From assembly GCA_010015585.1 (NCBI GenBank), contig ML975163.1: DNA of 46,520 nt, one strand, 5' to 3'. The stretch comes from Eremomyces bilateralis CBS 781.70 (taxonomy: Eukaryota). Shown one piece after another: positions 24,205-35,554 of this stretch. Position 1 is the stretch's first letter, and each line of letters opens with the position of its first letter. Both the position numbers and the translations under genes were made by a program. Under the pieces are notes generated by a model. The model saw only the letters and a program-made list of their open reading frames with translations, was not told where the DNA came from and ran no database searches.

Positions 24205-27200
24205 ATGGTGTCTAGACGACCGAATGGGAGACGGATTCCTGCACTGCCCAACAGCCAAGTAAGTTTGCTTCTCGACTTTTTCCATATTTTGACATGTTTG
24301 TTGGTTTCCCCTTCGGAGAACCCTGGCTAACCTCGAATTCAGCCTAGAAATGCCACCCATCCTAATTATGACTCCCCTTTAGATGACGAGCACTTTGATG
24401 AGGACTTTGAGGCTACCACCGCTTCAAGCGTCAGCACGCCAGGCGACAGTACCATCCTCCCGCCTATGAATCCCTTTTTGGAAAGTACCATCTGGGCTAC
24501 CACCGCCTCCGACGGTCTTAGCAATGGGATCGTCTCTACTGTACGAGATGCTTCCAGGAGTCGAGGTATGGCGATCATTAGAGCTTCCTCAGACCCCAAC
24601 GCGCTGATGATGCTCACAGAGCGACCGAGTCACCTTGGATCTTTAGCGGATACGAGTACCGCACGAAGTGGACAGTCGACTTCATTGTTCCCTTCGCCTG
24701 ACGCTGCGGGTTGGAATGGTCAACTCTCGCAGTGGCCATCCGCTCCCATGCAATCCTCTCTTTATCCGCGAAGCAATGGCGTGTCGCCATCCAGACAACG
24801 AAGCTCGCAGGCCACACCTCACTCACAGTCGGCTTTTGAGGGTGCCGCTCAGTCGTTCACGTCGTACCGCACACCTCTTCCGCAACAGTCTGGTATGAAC
24901 CCACTCGCTCCGCTATTGGACTCCAACACCAGACTGTTGCGCAACGGCGACGCGACTCCAGGGGGTTCCATCACCGCTCTTCCCGCGGCCGGCAACGACC
25001 CGAACCACACACCGCCTACCACCAACCCGTGGGTCGAGGCAGGTGAGTTTAACTATCAACCACCCGACGATCGACGCAGCGTGACAAACCCCGACCACTT
25101 CGGCACGCACAGCGCGGCGGGATCACGAAATGGGAGTTTACCGCCATCGAGACATGGTGCAGATTCCGGTGGATTTTCTAAGCAAGCGGACGATTTCAGC
25201 CGATTCCCCCCTGCGTCGAGCCAGCAGTCTTCGGTCCGTCAGTCATCAGCGATATCCGGGCAGGCATATGGTCGTCGATACAACGGCTCTCCCAATTTTT
25301 TAGAGAATGAGGTGGCGATGCTTAACCGATTGAGAATCGAGGGCGGGATCGATCGTTCCAGTAGCTTGCATAAACCGGCGCTAAGCGTCAACGGCGCCCG
25401 ACCCGGATCCACGGCACAAGGACCCGAACCCCACGATCTTCGATATGCTCGCGCCAGTCTTCCAGATATCTTGCAACCCTTCAACGACGGTTCATTCAAT
25501 GCGGCGGGTTCATTTACGCCGGAGGGGCAGCCTGCATCCCTGGCCCAATTCAATAATCACCACGATCACCTCTCCAATCTGCGGAATCCCTATCGCAACG
25601 GTGCGGCGGGAAATAGGGGGGCCTGGACTCCCAATGGTGACGCCCTTCGCAATGGCACTTATTGTTCGACCGGCTCCACCCCTCCAACGCACGACCAGCC
25701 TCATCACCGCCACGATCTGACGAATCTTCCGTCGACCGGTCCCTCGGGGCATCAGCACCGCTCTCTTTCCTATGGCAACTCCTCTCTGCTGGAACGAAAA
25801 CTCCGTGGTTTGGAGCTCGATCAATCCCGTGTTGCCGCTTCGCCCCCGTCGAAGATCTCATCATCTACAGCCTATGCAAATTACCTTCAAAAAAATGCAC
25901 AGAATTCGTATCATCAGCAAATGTCCCAAGGGCAGCGGATTGGTGGATCGCCGCACCTCAATGGATATGCCAGCACGCAGTATAGCGTGCCTCTTTCCAT
26001 GCAATCCAATGCCGGGACCGGATCATCAATGTCAATGCAGCACTTGAACGGAATGCAGAATATGAATGGAATGATGCACTTGATGCCGGTGGAGATCCCG
26101 AAAGGACCGCGGGAGCAAGAGGGATCCGTGGGCTTGCGAAGCGCGCTTCTAGAGGAATTCATCAACACTTGGAAATTTCGGAAATGGGAATTGAAGGTAT
26201 GCTATTCAACAGCATAGAACGTCTGAAGGATCCCACTTTTCGGGGTGGACGAACTTGAATGACCTTCGCGCTATCAACCCAACCAGTGCAAGGGCACGAA
26301 AGTTCGTCCATGCCGGACTAACATCATGCTCAGGACATGCGCCACCACGTCGTTGAATTTTCCGGGCACCAGCTTGCATCACGACAGATCCAGGACAAGC
26401 TCGGGTCGTCCAACAGCGAGGAGAAAAGCCGATTCTTCGAAGAGCTCCTGCCGAACGCGACGCAGCTGATGGCCGACGTCTTCGGCAACTACGTGATCCA
26501 GAAACTCTTCGAGCATTGTGATCAGAACCAGAAGAAGCTCCTCGCCATGGAGATGAAGACCCATGTGGTGAGCCTCAGTGTGCAGATGTACGGCTGCCGA
26601 GTCGTGCAGAAAGTAAGTGGTGCTTTCAGTCCGACCTTCGACCCCCTTGCTAAACATCGTGATCAGGCCCTCGAGCATATCCTCGTCGATCAACAAGCAG
26701 AGCTCATCAAAGAACTCGACGGCCACGTCCTCCGTTGCGTCAAGGACCAAAACGGCAACCACGTCGTCCAGAAAGCCATTGAGCGCATCCCGTCCGAACA
26801 CATCCAATTCATCGCTGACGCCTTCACCGGCCAAGTCGGCCAGCTCGCCAAGCACTCCTACGGCTGCCGCGTTATCCAACGCATGCTTGAGCGCTGCGAC
26901 GACCGCACAAAGCGCACCCTCCTAAACGAGCTGCACGGCGAAGGGGACCGGCTCATCGCGGACCAGTACGGGAACTACGTCACGCAGCATGCGATCGAGC
27001 ACGGCTCTCCCGAGGACCGCACGAAGATAATCACCCACGTCAAGACGAGGATTCTGATGTTCTCCCGACACAAGTTCGCGTCCAACGTCGTGGAGAAGTG
27101 CCTCGTGCACGGCACCTCGGCGCAGCGCCACGAGATGATGCTGCGGATCCTCGAGCAGTGCCCGCGCAACCCCGGGGTGGCCAGCAACGAGGCGCTCTTC

Positions 27201-27614
27201 CAGCTCCTGAAGGACGCGTACGGGAACTACGTCGTGCAAAAGCTGCTGGACACCGTCGACGACGAGGACTACGAGCTGTTCGCCGCGCAGTGCATCCCCG
27301 AAATGCCGCGCGTCAAGGAGTTCGCCCAGGGCAAGCAGGTCCAGGCGCTCGACGAGAAGCTGCACCAGCGCGCCCTGTATCGCGCAATGCCGACCCTGAC
27401 GCCCTCCGGCTCGGGGACCCCGCCGCTGGAGGACGACACGCAGAGCCCCGATGGCGTCTCGAACCCGAGTCCCAGGGAGGACATGCATATAGCGCTATCC
27501 ATGCGTCCGGAGTTGAATGGGAAGGCGTCCGCCGGGATTCAAGCACAGTTCTCCGTCCCTGATATCGGCGTCGAGCCGTTTCCTGAGCCAGACTCAGACC
27601 CGGACTCGTCATAA
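24205..27614 (+). CDS. PUF3: Pumilio/PUF RNA-binding protein, Puf3 type (exons 24205-24258, 24343-24565, 24620-26196, 26334-26612, 26667-27614; about 1026 aa)
   Basis: Eight PUF repeats with recognition helices SRQIQ, NYVIQ, CRVVQ, NHVVQ, CRVIQ, NYVTQ, SNVVE and NYVVQ. Long low-complexity N-terminus. The 5' exons are less certain. Confidence 0.92.
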
Positions 27615-28669
27615 CTGGTTGAGCTGGGTTGAACCACCTCTTCTATTCATTCCATCCCATCAATCGTTTGTAATTCAAGAACCCCCGGTCACTACTGTCA
27701 GTGAGCCGGTCCCGTCACCCCTTCGATTCGCACTGTAATCCTCTTTTCAATGTTTTAATCCCCGTTCAAATCAATCTTTCCGGTGTATTTTTGCCTTTCC
27801 CTTCTCTTTATTTCACTCCCTTCCAACGGCGTCGAAAAACGGCAGAAAAAGGAAAAACAGGGGGAGCACGGGATGATCGCCTGGTCACGACTCACGATTC
27901 TCCCGTCTAACATCACTCTAGACTCGCGACCACGGTTGCGTGCACGGTAGCATATTTCGATTAGTGGGTGTACAATCGGTTCGGTCGGATTAGGTGGTTG
28001 CTTTCGTTTTTGGTGTCGCGTCTCTCTTTTTAATGCAGCTGGGGCTAATTGTTCATGAATGCCATTCCTTCTACCCTCGTTTCTTGCGTTTCGGCAGATT
28101 TAACTAATGGCTTCGCCGTATCTGCTTGGATAATTCGCCTCCACCTCATGTAATGCTCCTACCAGTTTCGTGGTTTTCGGTGTTGTTCCTCCATCCTGCC
28201 GTCGCTCCAGTCTCGGCAATCTGCAGACGGATCCGGACCGGTGCTGACAGTAGATGGTATGAATGGTCTGAAGGCGCCTGGTTGGCATGGAATATCAACA
28301 GATGGAAGGATAGGGTCCAGTCGGACACCGTTTCGCTTATATGGAGTGGTGCAACGGGCTCTACTTTCTGGGTTCGGTCGGTAAGGTACATGTTATGCGG
28401 ACTGTTCATGTTAGTCGGATGCAGGTATTGATTGTATCGTAATTCTATCTCCGGGTATTCTCATGAGCCCCATGAATCAGGGAATAAATGGGTCGGACCC
28501 GGTGGGCGGGCATGGTTGGCGTATTTTGGGATCTCGCCGGGAAACGAAGATAAATGCATAGTAAATCAATGGCTAATCGAAATCCCTTACTCTTTGATCA
28601 TGGCTTTTGCTATGGGAGTGATTCATTTCTAAGGCCTAGAGGCTTAATCTTACAATTCCATCTATACCA

Positions 28670-30108
28670 TCATCCCTCATTCTCCTCGTCCTCCTTCCTC
28701 TGCCTCTCCTCCTCCCCCACAATCTCCTTCCACCGCTCCGCAAACTCCTTGAGCGCGTCACCCCCCCCGCGGCTGGCGTCCACGACGTCCCGGGGCAGTT
28801 TATGAGCGCTGTACTGCTGCGAACTGAAGTTGTACGCCTCCGGGTCATCACGGTGGACGAGACGGAGTTCGGGGAGATGAGGAAGCAGCGCGTCGGGATT
28901 GAGGAACTCGGAATCGGCGGGTTCGGCAGTGTCAGTCACGGCGCCGTTGGTAGCTTCGGGACGTGGTGGGGTGGAGGAGAGGTGCAGTCGGACAATTTCC
29001 AAGGGCGTGAGCTTCTCCTCATCATCCTTCGCATCTGAGTCAGGCGGAGACGGCCTCTTCGGCATCTCCGCCACCTCTGCATGCTCCTCCGTCAACAGCT
29101 CCTCCCAACTAAACAGCAGCGGATCCGTCCGCGGCGCCCACGGGTTGACGTCGATCAACCAGACGCGCTCGTGGGCCGGCGGGATGTACACGTCGAAGGC
29201 GTAGTCCGGATCGGGGAAGGCGTGCTGGAGCGTGCGCGTGAAGAACTCGAGGATGGTGGCGATCAGCTGCGGGCGGAGGGGGAAGAGGAAGTCGAAGTGA
29301 TTGAGGTCGCGCTGAGAGATGCTGAGGAGGCGGCGGTTGCGGACGAAGCAACGGAATTCGAGGGACGGGTTGAAGTTGACGGATTTGCGGAGGACGAGAT
29401 GGTAGGGGATTTCAGGGATGCTGTCCGGTTTTCTCGCCTCTTCATCGCCGGTTGCTTGGGCTTCTGATGTCTCAGCCGGACCGTCTGCTTCTTCCTCCCG
29501 ATCCGTCTCCTCACAGTCATCAAACACATGCTCCAAATCGTGCGTCACGAAATCCGAGCTCTTCAGCAACAAATACACATCATTGGGCGTCCGACACTCC
29601 ATGCTATTCGTCGCCGAGATCCACGTCGCATCCTTCGGCGCGCTCCAGTTCAGCTTCGGGTGCACCTTGCCGCCCAGCTCGGCGATGGTGGCTCTAATCG
29701 CCAGGTGCACCTCGCGCCACGCGGTGGACGGGTCGTCGTCCTCATCGTCATCGTCGGACGAGGAACCGCCTTGCTCGGCGGAGGAGAAGATTCCGCTGTC
29801 GTCGTCGGACCACTCGTGGCGGGGGGTGTCCTCGGAGGGGAGGATGATGCCATCAGCGCGGAGGTAGGAGAGGAAGGCGGGGGGGAGCGGGATGAGACGG
29901 GCTTTTGGGGTGACGGAGCGGTATCTGTATTATTAGTCTCGGTTTGACAATGAGTAGGCGTAATAGTTACTCACTTAGGATGCCATGAATGGTAGGAGCA
30001 GTTTATGATGTGAGATTTCGTCAGCAGAGGGAAGGTTGGTAATATGAGATTCTCCTCTTCTACCGAACTTCCCGGCTCATTTAAAATTTCAAGATTACTT
30101 GAAGCCAT
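28670..30108 (-). CDS. CDC123: Cdc123/D123 ATP-grasp eIF2 assembly factor (exons 30108-29975, 29924-28670; about 462 aa)
   Basis: [49 protein letters not shown] and WLIDVNPW motifs. Confidence 0.96.
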
Positions 30109-30418
30109 ATCTGCAATCCAAAATCCGTCGAAAGATGTCCAAATCAATGGTGAAGAAATGTACGTCGTGAAAGTCTGGATGATGGTCGAGAATTCGAGAT
30201 TATGACTCCATTCTCCACAGTGCAACCTTGATGGCGATCTCGGCCATGACTCGCGCATTTGCCCCACCTCCATTTCTAAAGCCAAACTTCACCACCATAT
30301 CAATGACATTCACTCTGGAGTTTCCAACTAAAATCTCATGTTTAGATAAAACAATGACCCTCACCGCACCGTCGTAAACTGAACATATCCCCCCGACGCT
30401 AAAAACCTTCAACCCAAC

Positions 30419-30983
30419 ATGTCTGACAACGTCGGCCTCACCACGCCACGAGGCAGTGGCACCTCTGGCTACGTCCAGCGCAACCTCTCCCTCCTCCGAC
30501 CGCGCGACCGTGTCGAACCGTACTCGAAAGAGCTACGACATCAGCAGCGCAAACCAGATCCGGAAATCCTGGAGCATGAGCGGAAACGACGGCTGGAAAA
30601 CGAGGTGTATAAACTGCGCGATCGCTTGGAAGAAGAAGGGTAAGCAACCCACCTGGCGACCCGTTGCCACGCCCCTTACACAGAGCCCAACTGACTGTGT
30701 CCGTAGTGTTAATGACGATGACATCGACGACCAATGCGACGCGCTCCGCAAGAAGCTGCAACAAGACTTCGAGCGGACAAAATCGCGCCCCACGGACGCG
30801 AAGGGACTGAAGTCGCATCAGGTGCACGACCTAGCGAAGGCGAAGATCGAGGAGACGGAGAAGATGCGACGCGCGTTGGGGATCCGGGAGGATTACGAGG
30901 AGGGGAGCCATTGGGAGAAGTCGGAGCAGCGGATGCGGGATGCGGTGGAGGAGAAGGAGGGGGATCGGGATCGGGATCATTGA
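30419..30983 (+). CDS. CWC21: Pre-mRNA splicing factor Cwc21 (exons 30419-30639, 30707-30983; about 165 aa)
   Basis: [33 protein letters not shown] and [13 protein letters not shown]...ALGI motifs. The intron gtaagc...ctgac...tag lies at 30640-30706. Confidence 0.96.
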
Positions 30984-31620
30984 TGATTCGAGGACAACAG
31001 GTCGAGTTAAGGTCGCAAAGTGGGGGTTAACTCCTGTTTCAGGGTTCGGGCTCGCCCTACGGCGCTTGGGAATCATGGCTTCTGTCAATGAGGTATTGGC
31101 GTCGCGCCAGAGATACGGACTCGAATAGAATTCCGACACGGCTACGTCCAGGTGTTGGGGAGGTTCAAAATGGATGATCATATCCAAATATTAATGAAAA
31201 TCTAATATACACAAATACACATCTATCATCTCCGATCATTCCAGTCGTAACCCTCGTGAAGCCCATGGAGCAATGAGCATGCCACGATAACCATCCACGG
31301 CCACCATTGTACGGCCCGAAAGTTGGGATCCGAGCCACCGACACTTTTCCAAACTGTGAATTCCTCTCATTCGTGCCATTTCGTCTTATATGCTCCATTC
31401 GATAAGGTATTCCTTCCAGGCAACCACAACACGTGGCAGGCCTCCAGCAGGTGCTTGAACGAGAGCAGGTTCGTAGTACAACCACGCCTTGCTGCTAGAA
31501 GTTACGGTCCTGGTCTATATTTTATGCCGCCCGCAATCCGGCTGTTGCCAGATTAGTCAAACTTGCCACCAAGCGCGATAGCGATGTGTATCGGTGCAGG
31601 GTCGAAGGCGACTAAAAATG

Positions 31621-32097
31621 TCACTGCAGTGCTGGATTCGCCGCATACAGCATTCGCATATAAGATTGCAGGTCAAGTTGCTGGACAAGCCGGCGCCAGT
31701 GAAGCATGGGATACGCCGCGATGGCAAAATTGATCTGGTCCTTCGGATGCAGATGCCGGAGGATGTTGAGAAGGACCTCGTTCGGCAGCATCCCCTTCGC
31801 CAAGGGGTTCTCATTCCAGCCGTTCGGCACCCAAAAGTCCGGTTCGAATTTTCCCGTGTTTTTATGGATGCCGATCGCATGGAAGAGGCTGAGGGGCGGG
31901 ACGATCTCGGAATGCTTGAGACGCATGAAATCATAGCATGCGAAGACCAGTGCCATGAATTCGTGGGGCTTGAGGTGGTCGATGACACATCGTCGCAATT
32001 CCGGAGGGAGGTCGAAGAATCGGAACGCGTTCTTGGATCTCCTAAATGGGCCCGGCCGTCTTAGTGCAAGGATATTGGAAAGGCTATCCGGAGCCAT
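31621..32097 (-). CDS. Small protein (158 aa) made of two F-box-like motifs
   Basis: FFDLPPELRRCVIDHLKPHEFMALVFAC and MLPNEVLLNILRHLHPKDQINFAIAAY both match the LPxEhxxxIhxxL F-box pattern. The ATG context is catcATGG. Confidence 0.72.
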   Translation of the reverse strand: MAPDSLSNILALRRPGPFRRSKNAFRFFDLPPELRRCVIDHLKPHEFMALVFACYDFMRLKHSEIVPPLSLFHAIGIHKNTGKFEPDFWVPNGWNENPLAKGMLPNEVLLNILRHLHPKDQINFAIAAYPMLHWRRLVQQLDLQSYMRMLYAANPALQ

Positions 32098-32107
32098 GAT
32101 GGATTTT

Positions 32108-32874
32108 TCAGTCAACGTGCGGCTTGGTGGATTCAGATCGCGGTGACAGGATCGAATATGCCTTCTTAGCGACGAACCAGCTTAGGAGCCCGGTCACACA
32201 GATGTACACCCCAGTTGGTACCAGTGATGCCGGGAGGATATTCAAAAGGTAGGGGTCCAGAACTACGGCAGGTAAGCTTCATGCGACAAATAAGCAGCTG
32301 CCAGACTAACTGATATCCACAGGGACAGGATAAGGCTTAAGCATCAACTCGGTGTCAGGTGAAATGTATTCAGGAGAAGCCTGGATCCGCAAGAAGTGCT
32401 TGGACGTGTGTTTCAATTCGGGCACTGGCTCCTGGACGATGCAAGAGTAATCACGATTCTCCGAATACAACACCAGTGATTGGATAAGTTCTGGTACCTG
32501 GAGGACTTCGGAGATGGACAGTACGTCGACGTCAATTTTGGTCGGGTACTATTATACGTCAGGAAACGTCGAACGTGATAATCAGTCTTTCCTACTGTGG
32601 CAGGCCAGCAAACCCGCACTTCAAAGCGCTGGCCGATTCGCAGGTTCTCCAGGAGGTACCAGGAGGAATTATCCGGAGCGCTAAACGAAACTGGTAAACT
32701 GGCGGGCTCCTGGAGGTGATGGGGATGCAGACTGAGCACGTCCAGATCGTCGAGGGTTGGATGGATGTCCAGGATCGGAATGCTGGGCTGAGCGATGAAA
32801 ACGACCTTCTCGACGTTGGCCTGGACAAGTAAAACAAAGAGTGTGAGAATGTGGAGAAAGAGAAGTGAGGGCAT
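32108..32874 (-). CDS. Type I membrane protein, Pga1-like (putative GPI-mannosyltransferase II co-activator) (exons 32874-32596, 32548-32311, 32262-32108; about 223 aa)
   Basis: Signal peptide ending AN-VEK, then WYLLENL...RFEVRVCWPAT, VDIILDPYLLNILPASLVPT and a C-terminal TM. Two canonical introns keep the frame. The family name is from motif recall. Confidence 0.78.
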
Positions 32875-32952
32875 GATGTCGGTAGGCTTCAGTTCACCAC
32901 AGTTTATATGATCATCACAACAACACCGTCAAGGGCTGATGAAGCTATCCGA

Positions 32953-32988
32953 GGGTGACTCTGTGGGTGACTCTGTGGGTGAATCCGT
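32953..32988. repeat. 12-nt tandem repeat (GGGTGACTCTGT x2 plus a variant) in a divergent promoter
   Basis: gggtgactctgt gggtgactctgt gggtgaatccgt read directly from the sequence. Confidence 0.85.
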
Positions 32989-33521
32989 GGGGGGAGGTGA
33001 TAGTAAAGGGCGAAGCACTGCATGAACCATTTACAACCCCAATTGCATAGATATCGTTACCGTCAAGATGGAGACAGTAGATTTAGGAACAACTTATCCT
33101 GATATATGGATTCTGATATATGGTCCCTGATAGTGTATTAGAGAGTGTACCAGTAGAGAGCCGTGAGAATGTAGAGTGAAGATGGGCAACTCCTATCGAG
33201 GGCAAGGCCGAAGATCAGCCACCGCCCTCGAACGCGCTTTCCTCAGTTGGCTGAGAGTGGAAGTGGAAATGGGGAGGATGGCCCGAGCTTCAAGTACTAG
33301 ACCCCATCGGGTATGGGCGACAACACAATAAACATCCATCGCCATCTCTTCTCCTTATCCCACCGCCTGTTCACAGAATCTCTCTCCATCCGTCTTGAAC
33401 CCTCTCTCAAGATTCATCCTTCTTGTATCCCCCTTCCTGTGAGCCATTTACCAGCTCACCATCGCTTTGCCATCCCTCATTCGTCTTCATTCCACTGGAT
33501 CCCTCCGAATAACCACCCAAC

Positions 33522-35248
33522 ATGCGTGAAGTTATCAGCTTGAACGGTAGGGCCCCCACATACGCGCCATGTCCTCACAGAATATGCGAACGATGACTGA
33601 CAATGTCCTTATATAGTTGGCCAGGCTGGTTGTCAGATTGCAAACTCCTGCTGGGAGGTATGCGTCCCCTATTCCTCCGTCCATGGACAGCTCGGGATTG
33701 GTCGGTTGCTGTCATACGAGAATCTTTACTAATCCAATTTCCTACAGCTGTACTGCCTTGAGCATGGCATTCAGGTACGCTTGTCTCCTCCGAACCACTC
33801 TCATTGTTACCATATGCTAATCATCTTTTCGTGTAGCCTGATGGATATCTGACCGAAGAACGTAAAGCTGCCGACGATGACCAGGGATTCAGCACCTTCT
33901 TTTCCGAAACCGGTATGTTGATATTGATGCTTGCTCGGCCAATATCATGCTGAAAAAGAACCAGGCCAGGGCAAGTACGTCCCCCGCACAATCTACTGCG
34001 ATCTCGAGCCCAATGTCGTCGACGAAGTCCGCACCGGCCCGTACAAGAGCCTCTTCCACCCCGAGTACATGATCACCGGAAAGGAGGACGCCTCAAACAA
34101 CTATGCTCGTGGCCATTACACCGTGGGCAAGGAGCTCATTGATCAGGTCTTGGACAAGGTCCGACGTGTCGCCGACAGCTGCTCCGGACTTCAAGGTTTC
34201 CTTGTGTTCCACTCCTTTGGCGGTGGTACGGGTTCCGGTTTCGGTGCCCTGTTGATGGAACGTCTGTCCGTGGACTATGGCAAGAAGAGCAAGCTTGAGT
34301 TCTGCGTGTATCCCGCACCCCAGAATGCGACCTCCGTCGTCGAGCCCTACAACTCGATCCTGACCACCCACACGACCCTCGAGCACTCCGACTGCAGCTT
34401 CATGGTCGATAATGAGGCCATCTACGACCTGTGCCGTCGCAGCTTGGGCATTGAGCGCCCCAACTTCGAGAACCTCAACCGTCTCATTGCTCAAGGTGAG
34501 ATATTCTCTTGAAATTGTAATCGACAGGTCTAATCCGTATTCCAGTCGTCTCCTCGATCACTGCTTCCCTCCGCTTCGATGGCTCCCTGAACGTCGACTT
34601 GAACGAATTCCAGACCAACCTGGTCCCCTACCCCCGTATCCACTTCCCGCTCGTCGCCTACTCACCCATCGTCTCGGCTGCCAAGGCGTCTCACGAATCC
34701 AACAGCGTCCAGGAGATCACCTCGAATTGCTTCGAGCCGAACACCCAGATGGTCAAGTGCGATCCCCGCACCGGGAAGTACATGGCAACCTGCCTGCTGT
34801 ACCGTGGCGATGTGGTGCCAAAGGATGTCCATGCCGCCGTGGCGACCCTCAAGACCAAGCGCACCATCCAGTTCGTCGACTGGTGCCCCACTGGCTTCAA
34901 GATCGGTATCTGCTTCCAGCCCCCGCAGACCGTTCCGAGCGGCGACCTTGCCAAGGTCAACCGTGCTGTGTAAGTCCCCTTGGAAATCCATGATGAGATG
35001 GGTTAGCTAACTTGCATAGCTGCATGCTTTCCAACACCACCGCCATCGCCGAGGCCTGGTCTGCGCTGTCCCACAAGTTCGACCTCATGTACTCCAAGCG
35101 CGCTTTCGTTCACTGGTACGTCGGCGAAGGTATGGAGGAAGGCGAGTTCTCCGAGGCCCGCGAGGATCTGGCTGCCCTCGAGAGGGACTACGAGGAGGTC
35201 GCGGCGGACAGCCTCGAGGATGATGAGGGCCTTGATGCTGAGTACTAG
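33522..35248 (+). CDS. TUB1: Alpha-tubulin (exons 33522-33546, 33617-33657, 33748-33774, 33837-33912, 33965-34495, 34546-34969, 35020-35248; 450 aa)
   Basis: [41 protein letters not shown] signature and an acidic tail ending EY. Six GT-AG introns give 1353 nt. Confidence 0.98.
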
Positions 35249-35554
35249 ACGGCGAAACGTACAGGACCTATATCCCTGTTCAGGTCGGTTCTGATCGTTT
35301 TCGCACGCGGAAATCATTTCTCTGGTACTGGAATGCCTTGAAAGTCGAACTCTAGCGAATCACCCTTTACTCTTGCTTTGTTAAATAGGGAGATGGATTA
35401 GAACCGACATCGTTGGTGGCGAGTAATTCATATCTTAATGAGAGTCCAATTCTACACTACGGATGCCAATGCTTTGGATAAACTTCTCGTGATATGCACA
35501 TTGGTTACATTCGATCCACCCAAAACGGCCCATACATCTAGTGCGACCGGCTTT

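Noticed and set aside
26197..26333. TPP riboswitch in the structured PUF3 intron
   Set aside because: It lacks the conserved CUGAGA and CUGAU...AUGC-type aptamer motifs, and the host gene is unrelated to thiamine.
32098..32262. Fusion of the Pga1-like and F-box ORFs by readthrough or alternative splicing
   Set aside because: The ORFs are in different frames, and the AAG acceptors I tested downstream of intron 2 lead to stops.
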